Shown piece after piece: positions 11,920 to 24,872 of a stretch of DNA of 64,000 bases. The DNA comes from Podarcis melisellensis. Lineage: Eukaryota. The stretch lies in NCBI GenBank assembly GCA_964234715.1, contig OZ174280.1; one strand, given 5' to 3'. The position numbers were made by a program, and so were the translations under genes. The notes beneath the pieces were generated by a model, which did no database searches, had not been told where the DNA came from, and saw only the letters and a list, made by a program, of their open reading frames with translations. Numbering within the stretch: the stretch's first letter is position 1; the number at the start of each line of letters is the position of its first letter.

Positions 11920-13330
11920 CTTGCCTCGCAGCGTGTGCTCGGGACGGGGCTGTTTACTGCAAAATAGACTTCATTGAAACGAGTGGAAACTTCCTACGTT
12001 TCCCTCGACAGATGTGTGTGTGTGTATAATCTCGGTCTACCCTTCCCTTCCTTCCCTCCAGAAAACATCGCCGTCTGCGCTCTTCGGTCGCCGAGTCTCT
12101 TCCAATCGCCGCCTGGAAGCGCAGAGCCGGTAGGACCGGAGGAGAAGCCCCCGCCCCGCCCCCTCGACGATGCCTCGGGGTCGGGAGAAGCCCTTCTGCC
12201 GAACCCGACCAAAGCCAACCTCACTCCACCCTGGCGGCCTCGGCGCATGCGCCCTGGGGCTGGCCAATTTAAAAGGCGGCAGAGCGAGACACTGGCGGGT
12301 ATTGAGCGCCTCTGCACAAATCCCGGCGCGGAGGGGGCCGAAGCGGAGAGGCGGCTTCGCCGGGGAAGGAGACATGCTGGCGGCGGCGCTGCTGCTTCTA
12401 TGCCAGGTACGCGAGGAGCACGTGCGCCTGTCTGGGCCGAGCCCCCTCCTGCAAGTCCGTGGGCACTCCCCGCCACTTTTAAAGACTGCAACGCATCTCC
12501 TCCAGAAGTAGAGAGTTGTCTTTGCCATTGAATTGGAGCCGGGGGGGGGGAGGTGGAAATCCCCGGGGATGCTCCTTGCAGGGGGGGAGGCGAGTGCAGA
12601 AGGGGAGCCCGGCGGCCCCTCCCGGCCGGCGCTTCTCCGGAGTTTGGCGGGACGGGGCGGCTGCAGGCAGGCGCTCCGCGTGTCCTCCGCTGTGGGCGGG
12701 CGGCTGCTTGGAGGGCGCGCCGGGAGAGGAGCAGGCGGCTCGGCCCGGGAGCCCAAGGCGGCCCAAGGCACGCCTCGCCTGCTCTGCAAGAAGCCCGCCA
12801 GGTTCTTGGGCGCGATCATGCCGGATCTCTCTTTTGGGAAATCTTCGTCTCCGGAAAAGTTGAGATGGGGGCGGTGGGGGAGGAGGCGTGAGTCACGCAC
12901 TGAACCGCCGGGTGTTTATTTTGGTTGAACTCGCAGCAGCCTTCCCTAGTGACGGACGCGTCAAAGATTCCCTGCTCGGCTGCTCCGATTTCCTGGTTGC
13001 CTTTAACCTGGAGCAGGTGGGGCTGAATCAGGGCGCCTTGGTCCAGCGGGGCGGGGGCGATGGGGATGTTGCCGGTGCCTGCCTTGCTCTTTGACTGCTT
13101 AATAAGAGCCGGTCTGCTGGCTGGCCAAGGGACCCCCGCCTGCCCCGGATAAGCGGATCAACAAGCGAACTTCATCCTCCCAAGTCTCCCAGCCTTTCTG
13201 GAGCACGTGCGCTGCCGTCGGATCGACTTCTCTAAACAAGAAGTCCGGCTTGTGGAATGAGTTATCCCGGGAGATATAGGGCCGCTCGTCGCTTGAGAGA
13301 GCCATGAGTTGATACAATCCAGTTGCCGGC
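11920..13330 (+). promoter_or_regulatory. SLC45A3: CpG island / SLC45A3 promoter
   Basis: Dense CpG and high GC in an otherwise CpG-depleted window. GC boxes ~12148-12162, NRF1-type GGCGCATGCGCC 12242-12253, CCAAT 12264 fused to TATA-like TTTAAAA 12268-12274, E-boxes CACGTG 12419 and 13204, AP-1 palindrome GCGTGAGTCACGC 12886-12898. Confidence 0.85.
12300..12406 (+). other. SLC45A3: Putative SLC45A3 exon 1 (5' leader; TSS approximate)
   Basis: Starts ~25-30 nt after TTTAAAA and ends at donor TGCCAG|GTACGC. Human exon 1 also ends GCCAG| (from memory). Confidence 0.7.
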
Positions 13331-13705
13331 TGTCCCGTATAGTCCAAACACCACGCTTTTAAGGAGCTTGGCATGTGTCAAGGGAGAGAGTACAGACCCT
13401 TCATTCTTTGGCAGCATATCCCTTGCTCCCTACTGTGCAACACTGGTGATGCTGTTAGGGTTTCTGGGTGCAGAATGGGTAGCAACACAATGGTAGGATT
13501 CGGGGGGCCCTTGGCCCCCCAACAATTGATGGACACCAAGCAGTGCTGGGCAGCTGGTGGTTTAAATTTTCCAGGGCGACTTTATGTCAGAAGAACTATG
13601 GGAAATTTAAATGGCAGCTAGCGTTGGAGCCAAGTCTTAGGGGCTGAGGTCTTTCCCCCCCTCCAATAAAATATCTGAGGGGGTGCCCCCCAAGTTAATG
13701 GACAC

Positions 13706-13887
13706 CAGTGGCGTAGCGTGGGTTGTCAGTACCTGGGGCAAGGCAAGTAATTTGTGCCCCCTAACCCATGGATTTGCGCCCCCTAAGCAGTGGATTTGCG
13801 CCCCTAACCCGTGGATTTGCGCCCCCCTAACCCTAACCCCCAGATGTTGCGGCCGGGCCCCCCTGCACCCCCCACGCTACGCCACTG
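13706..13887. mobile_element. hAT (Tip100-like) MITE nested in an older hAT element (~13638-13993)
   Basis: TIR CAGTGGCGTAGCGTGGG / CCCACGCTACGCCACTG; TSD ATGGACAC/ATGGGCAC. Host ends TAGGGGCTGA / TCAGCACCCCTA. Confidence 0.88.
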
Positions 13888-15830
13888 ATGGGCACTACCA
13901 TCCAAATGGTGTGCGCTCTCTGTGTCTTCTGATCGATTATGCTGGGTGAGGCTTACCTGCCCCCCCCAATATTTTATTCAAGTCAGCACCCCTAGCAGCT
14001 AGAGCCTACCATCTAGTGTGCTGCTTGAAGCACTGAACTGATATCCCCCCCGCCAAGTGGGAGGAAGGTAGGTGTCAGCAGTGGGCCTTGCCACAGATTC
14101 CTGCAGGGGGTTGGACTAGATTACCCTTGGGGGTCCCCTCCAACTTTATGATTCTAGGGTGCTGGGCCTCCAGCAGCGGGCCAAAGATGCCAGGTGCTGG
14201 CACCAGTGCTGTGTATAACTGAAGTAACATCACGTACTATTTTGGGCCGTGTTTCCCCACTGCGCTTTTGGAAACTGAAAGCAGCTTTGGAACTGTGAAT
14301 GGAATCTGAACATGCCTTGTGCAAGGCAACCATCTCCAGGGGGGGGGTGCAAGGACAGGAATGGACCCTTGAATCACGAGGAACACATGTTGGCTGAGGA
14401 GGAACCCCACCTCACTTTTTTATTTACAAAGTCAAGGTCTGAGCACATCCTGCCAGGCAAAAGATTGCCACACAATGGGAATTGGCCGTTGAATATTTCT
14501 CTAGTTGATTACCCATGTTTCTCTGTCAAACACAAAACTCCTGGGAGGATTTCATCATGTTTGTGCCACAGACAGACAACATGTAGCTCAGATTATGCAA
14601 CTTGTCCCACTGTTAGGATCCTTTTCCTAATAGTTAATCAAACTCTTATCTTGACATAACTTGTGTTCCCATAGGCAATGAGTAAGCAACTGTTCTCTGT
14701 CTTTTTGAAACAGAACAGCTATTGACTATAGAGAATAAGGAATAATTCATCTGTTCACTTTTTATGTAGTATCACAAGCTTTTGCAATTTCTGTGCTCCT
14801 TTTTTCACCTTTGCCTGTAGAATTCCGCTGTGTAAATCAAGTTTGCACTCTTCAGTATCAGCCGAAGCTAATCCAATAAAAGCTATTGCCTTAATTTCCT
14901 TCTTTTTCTAGCTTTGGGGAGCCTGAGTAATGGATTCTAAGTAGCACTAAGCCTTTATGACAGGATGGGATATAACCCTAGTGTTTTAGTTAGGATTATC
15001 TGAGATACGGCACACCTGCTAACGCAAGCGCAGAGCAGTAGTTTAGTGCAATGATGATGGAAAGTGCAAATATTTGAGTAATGAGTAAGCTTACACGTTC
15101 AGCTCTATGCTGATGTTCTATTTGACTCCCTCGTAAAACTTTTCTTTGCAGTTCTTCCTCTTCTCTTCTGTGTGAAGTACAGAAACTCATGGAAACCTCA
15201 GTAGCCTGAGTAAGGGCTGTGGTTCCTGATTCCTAACACACTCTGAGGGACAAATTCATTGATGATGAATGCAAAGGAAGCTCAGGCATGCTGCCACATC
15301 AGCACCCCTTTGTGTGGTGCGCATGGAATTGCTGTGCTTTTTCCCCACATGTGATACTCCTCTCCACATACCCCTCCCTTTTCTGTAGGAAAACTTTATA
15401 TAGGGACCAGCAGTTTTGCTTTGTTTAAATTCTGTTATAAGGTGTGGTGCCGTTCTCCTTTCAGAAGCTAGTGCATAATATATTGTGTGTGTGTGTGTGT
15501 GTTTTGGGGTGGGGGGAACATGATCAAAAGGAGATTGTACTGCTAAGCAATAGCTTTAAGGGATTGTTGGTAGAGCACTCTGAAACAGGCTGAGAAAGAG
15601 TGTTTTCAAGAAAGCTGCATGAATAGTTAAGGGCAGGTATTCCTAAACTATAACTCCCCTGAGCCTCAGCATTAGTATTCCACATGTCAACATTGGTATA
15701 TTCTGTGCCTAGTGGTCAGCTAAGAGAGATTGGATTGAGGTTATAGTGATGTGTTCTAGGTGCTCATTAATTAATAAAATAAAATAAATTTAAATAGTTA
15801 TTAAATGTATATACCTCTGTTCATCTGGGG

Positions 15831-15878
15831 ATCACTGGGCGTTTTACAGTATATCACTGGGCGGTTTACAGTATATCA
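15831..15878. repeat. 22-bp tandem duplication ATCACTGGGCG(T/G)TTTACAGTAT
   Basis: Two adjacent copies with one mismatch. Confidence 0.85.
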
Positions 15879-16389
15879 TGCTTTTTGATGCTTATATATC
15901 CTTTGTCATTCTACAAATCTTCAGAAAATGTGACAGACAGCAGGACAGAATATGGAGGTGTTTGAACAATTGGATCAGTACAGTGGTTTGATAAGGTTCT
16001 TCTTTCTTACCATGTGTTTTAACGCAGCCCAGCTTATTTCTGACTGCTGTATTCTGTTACAAGTCTAACCTAATGGTTAGCAGCTTTAGGACATACTCAC
16101 AAAGCAGTCAGTTTAGAGCAAAATGCAGTTGTACCTCTGTCTATAAAGGTGGGAAGCCTTTAATCACTGGTAATGTCTGTTCTATGATCAAGGCATATTC
16201 TAGCATGATGTTTAAGGAGAGATTGTCCTTAAGACACAGCACGCCAGTATTTGTTTTAAAATCTGAAACATTTCTCATGTTTTGATAGAAGCTCAAGCTG
16301 CCTGGTCTCCTAGATATGTAAATACTTTTAATAAAGCAAACATAGTTGGATAAAGTAGCCTTGAAGGGCATTCTGTAGAATACATAGTT

Positions 16390-16830
16390 GCCACAACCCT
16401 AGTTGCATCTGGTTTGGCTTCCTGTGACACACTTTACATGGAGTTGGCTTTGAAGAGTGTAAGCAAACTTCAGATGGTGCAGAGGGCAGCAGTTGGATGT
16501 TTTCTAGAGCTAGTTCTTGTGGAGCATGTGACTCCATTACTGTCTGTATCCATTGCTGGCTCCAGTCTTTCTCCAGACCTGTTTAAGGCCTTTATCCTCT
16601 GGCTCATAACCAGGATTCTCACAGGTTCATCTAAACTTGTCCATCTAGTCAGGTGATAGGGAGCAGAGCCTTCTCCATATCGCCTGCCATAAGAAGCTGG
16701 GCTGTTGGTGATGCAAACAAGGGGCTTCTTCCAACACCATGGAACTTCCTGCCTAAGGAAATCCGCTTGGCTCCTTCACTGACTGCATTCAGACACCACC
16801 TAAATACCATTTAAATTTTCTGCAAGCCTG
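16390..16830 (+). mobile_element. Old L2 RT C-terminal fragment
   Basis: Decayed frames such as CDTLYMELALKSVSKLQMVQRAA resemble L2 DYCNALYVGLPLK..KLQLIQNAA. Confidence 0.65.
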
Positions 16831-17769
16831 TGGCCTCACTGCCAGATTTGTCTTCTGTCCTTTGGGTTTTTCTCCTCCTTCAAATTGTTTTATTTGCTGT
16901 GCTGTTGTTATTAGTTGTTGTTTTCAAGTTGCTGCTGTTGATCCTTGTGTCTCATGGTAGTCGAAAGGCTCATGAGCTGGACAAGTGGACTGTAGATGCT
17001 TTAAATAAAATAAATAAATGACAGGCAAGGGCCAGAAATCTGAATAGCCTCTGTGATGCAATAAGTAGCAGGATGCAGCTGTCTACCATGTTAAGACAAC
17101 ACCTCCATGAGAGCCTGGAAGCTTCCACTTAAAGGACAAGTTGCTGCTGCCGTGCTTGTGGGCAGAAACAAGAGGTGTGAGTGCTGTTTTCCAGCAGCTA
17201 GAGATTAGGACCTCATTCTTGCCCCTTCCTCCCTTTCTGCCTCATTGACTCCACTTCTCCTGTGCCAGTGATTCATGCAAGAATTCCTCATTTTCTTCTT
17301 GCTTATCCAGCCTGTTCTCTGCCAAATTTCTAAATCAGTAAAATTTCAAATCTTCTTCCCAGAATCAGGTATGCACTTTCCTACAGCTGTTGCTCAATTG
17401 ACTTTTCTGGCTGCTGCATTTGAGTGTTTAATTTTGAATGCTGCAACCCCTCATTGTAGACATTTACATAAAGCCTGCTTATCAGCAGTATTTTAAGGTA
17501 TTTTTCACACATGAGGTACCTATAATGCACCTCAGATTTTGGCTAAAAGCTCCATTCTATTTACGTTTGCTGTTTTAAATATTGTGATGATGGGCATAAA
17601 TTGCATAAATAGCACAGTGTGGAGCTCTTTTCCAGAGTATTGTATGTTAATATTCTTAAGTGCCAGTGGTTTCTCTTACTATTGCAAAGTGAAGCTAATT
17701 TTTTCTTGGTTTTTCAGTGCCCGGGTAAGCAATATAATCTCGTAGGTTGCTTAACTTTTGACCACTGCT

Positions 17770-19282
17770 AGTGAAGTCAAATGGGCCTTAGAAAGCACTA
17801 CAAATAACAAGGCCAGTGGAAGTGATGGTATTCCAGCTGAACTATTTAAAATTTTAAAAGATGATGCTGTTAAGGTGCTACACTCAATATGCCAGCAAGT
17901 TTGGAAAACTCAGCAGTGGCCAGAAGATTGGAAAAGATCAGTCTACATCCCAATCCCAAAGAAGGGCAGTGCCAAAGAATGCTCCAACTACCGCACAATT
18001 GCACTCATTTCACACGCTAGCAAGGTTATGCTTAAAATTCTACAAGGAAGGCTCAAGCAGTATGTGGACCGAGAACTCCCAGAAGTGCAAGCTGGATTTA
18101 GAAGAGGCAGAGGAACCAGAGACCAAATTGCAAACATGCGCTGGATTATGGAGAAAGCTAGAGAGTTCCAGAAAGACATCTACTTCTGCTTCATTGACTA
18201 TGCAAAAGCCTTTGACTGTGTCGACCACGGCAAACTATGGCAAGTTCTTAAAGAAATGGGAGTGCCAGATCACCTCATCTGTCTCCTGAGAAATCTCTAT
18301 GTGGGGCAAGAAGCTACAGTTAGAACTGGATATGGAACAACTGATTGGTTCAAAATTGGGAAAGGAGTACGACAAGGCTGTATTTTGTCTCCCTGCTTAT
18401 TTAACTTATATGCAGAATTCATCATGCGAAAGGCTGGGCTGGATGAATCCCTAGCCGGAATTAAGATTGCCGGAAGAAATATCAACAACCTCAGATATGC
18501 AGATGACACAACCTTGATGGCAGAAAGTGAGGAGGAATTAAAGAACCTTTTAATGAGGGTGAAAGAGGAGAGCGCAAAATATGGTCTGAAGCTCAACATC
18601 AAAAAAACGAAGATCATGGCCACTGGTCCCATCACCTCCTGGCAAATAGAAGGGGAAGAAATGGAGGTAGTGAGAGATTTTACTTTCTTGGGCTCCATGA
18701 TCACTGCAGATGGTGACAGCAGCCACGAAATTAAAAGACGCCTGCTTCTTGGGAGAAGGGCAATGACAGGCCTAGACAGCATCTTGAGAAGTAGAGACAT
18801 CACCTTGCCAACAAAGGTTCGTATAGTTAAAGCTATGGTTTTCCCAGTAGTGATGTATGGAAGTGAGAGCTGGACCATAAAGAAGGCTGATCGCCGAAGA
18901 ATTGATGCTTTTGAATTATGGTGCTGGAGGAGACTCTTGAGAGTCCCATGGACTGCAAGAAGATCAAACCTCTCCATACTGAAGGAAATCAACCCTGAGT
19001 GCTCACTGGAAGGACAGATTGTGAAGCTGAGGCTCCAGTACTTTGGCCACCTCATGAGAAGAGAAAACTCCCTGGAGAAGACCCTGATGTTGGGAAAGAT
19101 GGAGGGCACAAGGAGAAGGGGACGGCAGAGGACGAGATGGTTGGATAGTGTTTTCGAGGTTACCAGCATGAGTTTGACCAAACTGCGGGAGGCAGTGGAG
19201 GACAGAGGTGCCTGGCGTTCTCTGGTCCATGGGGTCACGAAGAGTCGGACACGACTAAACGACTAAACAACAACAACAACAA
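17770..19282 (+). mobile_element. BovB (RTE-clade) LINE, 5'-truncated
   Basis: ~500-codon open frame SEVKWALES..NYRTIALISH..FIDYAKAFD..GVRQGCILSP..YADD..HGVTKSRTRLND; 3' end ACGACTAAAC followed by (CAA)n; no endonuclease domain. Confidence 0.95.
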
Positions 19283-19642
19283 AATAATGCAAGTAACAAA
19301 ATTCAGGCTTCCTTACGTAAACTTCTAATTTGAAAGATGAAGAGATTGTCAAATGGCTGGAAGGCTCAGTTTCTTTCCTTGATGGTATCTTGTTTCACTG
19401 CCATGTAGCTCTGCTGGGGCTGAATGTAGTATGTTTCATGCACTACATTACTCTTGATGGAATCTTGCCTGGGGATCTAATCAGTTGACCCATTTGGATC
19501 AGTAAGGCTTTCCTCGTAGCTGAACTCAACCTGAGTTATTCTGAAGCAGGGTTGAAAAAACACTTGTACAGTTTCCAAAGGGGAATTCATATTAAGTCTG
19601 TGGTTGCAAAAACTATGATGATTCTTATGGCACCTTCAAGAC

Positions 19643-20154
19643 TAGGGATGGGGAAAGGGATTGAATTCATGTCTCATTTGAAGCTGAATTTATCACATTC
19701 ACTTTTCAAAACAATATGCAAACCAAAAGAGAGCTATCTGTCAAATTTCATACTCATCCAAATTTTGCTATGCAGTTTGCCAACTAAACAATGCTTACAA
19801 AAATGCATGCATTAGGGGAAATTTTTTAAGGATAATTTTTGCTAAACTTTATTTATTTGGTTTTTCAAATTAAAATTAAATAGTGTGCATAAAATTACTA
19901 TTTTGGCAAAAATAGCACACAGCAATGCATTATATTAGGGGAAACAGCTTGCAAAAATGTGTATATTAGTGAAAACTGCACATAAAAATGTGCTTATTAG
20001 GAGAAATTCACACCAAAATGCTGCTGAATTTTCATGAGGATTTTTAAAAAAACAATAATTCTCATATTGCTGCAAAATGTCATGGAGAACTGAATTTTAG
20101 TTCAGAAAGATGAGAATCTAAGAGAACTGAATTTGACAGATGTGTCCATCCCTA
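19643..20154. mobile_element. hAT-like non-autonomous element, AT-rich interior
   Basis: TAGGGATGG / CCATCCCTA ends; degenerate TSD TTCAAGAC/TGCAAGCC. Confidence 0.6.
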
Positions 20155-23100
20155 TGCAAGCCTTAACCAATTTATTAGGGTATAAGGCTTTTGTGGAATG
20201 GATTAATTTCATTAGATTCAATACAGCACTGTTCTCAATTGGTAAGCATGTGTACATGAATATATAGAGTGTGTGTACAGTACCTGAGTATATGGTGGGC
20301 ATGTACACGAGTGTAGGAGGAAAATTGTAAGCATTGGGGTCAAAAGGCAATGAAATTATTGCTTTGCAGCTGCCTTTATTGAAACTGCAGTAGATGAGAT
20401 CCAAGTATACTCATACTGCTTTGAAGGAAAACATGTACACAATGTGGCTTTGAGATGGTCTGTAGGAACCCCATCTCATTGGCATGTATTTTCATTACAT
20501 GAGGCTTAATTTGAGGCTGGGGGAAAAATCTCTAAGCTGCAAGGCTGTGAAGAATTGGACACCTTGGTAAGGAACCAAATTCTTGGCTCTGTGGAACTGC
20601 CCAAGAAATTGCTGTGTGTTCTTTATTCCTCCTCATCCTTTCTGCTAGTTCCTAGGAGGTCCTTTGAACTTGTGGCACCGTTGGTGTCTCTTATCCTACC
20701 CAAATAGGAATCTGTTCCTGCTTTAAGTCTGAAAATATTTATTTTAACATTTTGCCAGTCTGAATATGAGAAAAGGCAGGCCCTGGGAAAATAAGGAACG
20801 GAATAGAAGGAAGGCAGCTCAAATAGCATTTTTTTGTTTTGTTTGGGGAGGCAGAGCGCGAGGACTGGAATATGTTCTTCAGCAAGCAGGTGCCAGGTCC
20901 GCAGGCACTCCATAAAAAAACCATCTCTTAATGCTTGTGTTGTGGCTGCATTCTGGTCGTAAAAGTATTTCCCACAAGGAGATCCAGCATAGAGGGGAAG
21001 CAGCTCCTTCGGTGAGATATGGCATTGACCTTCCTTGCTCTGGAAACAATCTCTGCTCCAGCTGTTTATAGTCAGAATCACCTGCTCTGGGTTGACTTGA
21101 ACAAGCCGTGGGGTTAATCATGCAAACTTCAATGAACCCCAGGCCTGTTTTTGCATGCAGCGCTCTGGTGATTTATGGTGTGATCTGGCAGCTTAGAAAG
21201 CTGCCAAGCACATGACATCCCCACTGGATTGTAGTGAGTCCTGCAGCAGAATCTGGAGTTATGTGTGGCAGTTTCTAAAAATGGAATGTTCACGTTCCAA
21301 AAGTTCACTTAAAAGTTAAAATATAGACATTTGTTGAGCTATGTAGAGTTCATAGGAGTTAGTAGCTCATCTCCTCCCTATTGTGCTATGATGAGAGTTT
21401 CTGTACTGATACTGCTAACAAGTTAATGTATATCAGTGAACATGCATGCTGGATTTTAACTTCCTATCCAAATAAATCCTGAAGTTTTCAGTTAATTTGA
21501 ACTTCAAAGGCCAAGATGGTTTTAAGGCCAAAACAACTTTCCCTGCTGCGATGTTGTCATGGCTGCCATCTAAGGATCAGAAGCTGCTGCTTCATTATGC
21601 CTTAATTATTCCTCTGTGTCACATTTTGAGAACCAGCAGAGACCAAAGCTTGAGTGTTCCAGTTCGTGAAAACCTCTTCTTTGCTCCTCCTCCTGGAGCA
21701 GTAAACCAAGTACAAACCTTGACTTCCACTTTTGGTTTGTTTGTACTGAAACAAAGCACAAGTGCTGCTTCACACATAATGCTAAGTGAGTGCTGGGGGT
21801 TGTTGTTTTCCTCCTGGGGTGGGACAGGGAGGAGAAGGGTGGACCCAACTGAACAACATGAACCAGCTCACTGATCATTCACAGGAATCCATAGCTTGTG
21901 ACTTACTGTTACACACAAACCAAGCATCTTCCTTCCCTTCCCACTTTTTAATCAGGACTGGCTCTCAAAGCAACTATAACCTGTTACAAAGTCAACTTAA
22001 TAAGGTGTTGAAGATACATGATTGTGTGTTTATATATACACACACGAAATGTGAACATTTGACGTGTGCTGCTGTTTGAGAAACAGAAATCTGAAATCCA
22101 TTGGGCACAAAGAACTACTTTCTCAATTCTTTGGATCCTGGCGTTGGCCCTCACCTCCCTCTAAAGCAGAGAGTGGCCCTCTGGATGTTGTTGGATCACA
22201 ACTCCCATCAGCCCTAACCATTGGTCACACTGTATTAGGCTGAAGGGAGTTGGGAATCCAGTGACACCTGGAGGGTCCCCAGGTTTCTCCACTCATCAGC
22301 AGTAGATCCAGGACACCAAGGGCCATGCTGGAAGAACTTAAAATCCTTGAAATGGAAGGAATGATGCTGCACTGGACTCCCATTTTCAGTGGATGAATTT
22401 TCCCATCTGAATCGCTTATCTTCCGCTGGTTGCATCCTTCCTAGAGTACCTTCATATTGACACCTTCCATTTTACCCAAAACCTAACTTTTCTATGATGT
22501 CTTTGGCTTAACCCCAAATGCATGTAACTGCATTCGCCCATATTCATCATCTGCTGTTAGCTGTGCTTCGCCCCTTCATCCCACTGTTTCCCATCTCATG
22601 TTTCCTCTTCCTCTTGAAGCATTCAGATCATAAACTCCTTGGGGCAGGTATTTGTCTGTCTGTCTCTGCCTCCCCTTTCTCTTTCTTTCTTATTAGCTTT
22701 TACTTGATGAAGATACAAAGAGCAGCAAGAGGGAAAACAAGCCAATTGTCATTCTGGTCTTCCATTGTGTTACATAATGAAGTTTCATAATAGCCAGGTG
22801 AAGTGGTTGCTGCAGAAGACAGTTCAGGGAAGAGTAGAGAAGCCAAATGGCAGTTTTACCCAGCCAAGCTGATGGAGGGAACTTCAGGGTTACCCTGAAA
22901 AGCAATTTCAGAAAGCTGAACTTTTATTATTTATAAAGCACATAATACTTTAACCCCACTGTTTCACCTTTCCTCAGCTGCAGCCAAGTGTGCTCAGTTA
23001 CTGGGTGCATTGATTGTGCTGTACAAACAAGTTGGCCAACTCTGTTCTACTACATATTTGTAGCAGAACCACCCTTGCTTGCCTTATACCAGTCAATGAA

Positions 23101-24836
23101 TGCTTGTGGACAAAGCTGCAATCCTGTGCACATGTTCTCCAAAGTAAGCCCTACTAAACTTAATAGGCGTTATTTCTCATTCACACATGGAAGACACTGC
23201 CTGACAATGCATTCATCAAGTGACAGTTATGCAAGTATGCAGTGACCTTTGGTTGTGACCTGTGTCTTGCACAATTATTTCCATTTTCATATGGAACGCA
23301 GGGGAAACATGACATAAAATACCTATTCAGATTAAATTCGGTGCATCTCTGTGGGGGTACCTCATCTTTAACCCTGGCTGGTTTGAGAGCAGTTGTGGAC
23401 ATTGGTGGATGTCCTGGGAAAGGGTATCCCAAGGTTTTGCAGCAGTAAGTCAGACTGACCACCTCTATCAGGGATGGGGAACCTGTGGCCCTCCAGATCC
23501 AGCTCCAGTAATTCTTGACCATTGGTCATTCTTCTGGGAGCTGACATAAAATAACATCTCGTGGGTCACAGGTTCCTCATCCCTGCTCTGTAACTTTTTG
23601 CATGCATGCATACCATACAAAGTGAACTTCAGTGTCAAAACATTATGTGCTTTATAAATGATGAATTTCAGCTTTCCATATGCATGCTTGAAACTTAACC
23701 GTGAAGATGTCAGGACTCATTTGTGATTGGGGATAATCTGTTACCCAGCTACCCTTCCGCTTCACCTGTGTTTCCCATGAACTTTGATACGGTAAACACA
23801 GCTAGAGGTGGGCAAACATCTCAACAAATGAAACATAAAGGGCTATTGGGAGAGAAAGTGTGTCCTTGCAATTTCCAGAGGCTGTCTGCAAGACTACTCT
23901 CAATTGCCACCCTGTCCATGTGACGCACCAGTAAGTGAGAACATTTATAACTGGCCTTGTTTGTTCTGTTTAGCCATGCTGTGTATCAACACAGGACTGT
24001 TTGTGTTACGAGGGTAGCAGACAAGATCAGCCTACAGAGGGACATGAGCCAATAATCTAATGCTGAACCCAACTCCTTTTACTTTTTTTAAAAAAGATCC
24101 TTTATACCGTCCTCAAAGCAGGATCTGATCACCTGGCAGCCATGAAACCAGTTATCATCTCAGCTTCTCTGTGAGGCTAAACTGATGTGCCATTTGCAGA
24201 AGTGGATAACTGGGACCAAAAAAGGCCAAAATCATACCCAAAACATTTGGCAGATGATTGGAATGATAAAGTCAACACTGAGCAGTTTTTAGCTTTGTGG
24301 GTGGCTTCAGGGAGAGCTGAAACCTTTGCCATGAAACTTTCATAAAACCCCAAATATTATTATTTAGTCCCATCAGTAAGTAGTTGTAATTGATTTATGG
24401 GTGCTGGTTAATAATTCCTATTAACAATAAGCCCGATGTGGTTTTAGGAGATTCACAAACTGGCTCTGAAAATACTGTAATGCTGGATTGTAGAAATTGT
24501 ATTAAGTTCATTCATGGGAGCAAAGTAAGGCAGCCCATTACAAATTATGTAACTTTCGATCCTGCTGTAGAGACGAGCTTTGCCTCTTTTCATACCATTT
24601 CTGTATGATCTTGCCAACCTGCTGCCCTCAAGATGTGTCAGACAGACTACAACTCCCATCAGCCTCAACCAACAGGGTGGTAGCTGAGGCTGATGGGGAA
24701 TGCAGTTCAAAACATCTGGAGGGCATGAGATCCGTGAAAAGTACCCAGTTCCTCCTGTTTGCAAATGATCTTTGTTTCTAATCTATTCTTTCTTTGGAGA
24801 TTGTGAAGAGGGAACCTGCTGGCTATGGTCAAAGAA

Positions 24837-24837
<1 letters not shown>

Positions 24838-24870
<33 letters not shown>
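24838..24870. repeat. (AC)n microsatellite
   Basis: Perfect dinucleotide run. Confidence 0.95.

Positions 24871-24872
<2 letters not shown>

Noticed and set aside
11974-12928. Several long overlapping Pro/Gly/Arg-rich ORFs (up to 287 aa)
   Set aside because: Expected from stop-codon scarcity in a CpG island; no recognisable domain.
18297-19238. 313-aa antisense ORF
   Set aside because: Shadow of the BovB RT frame.
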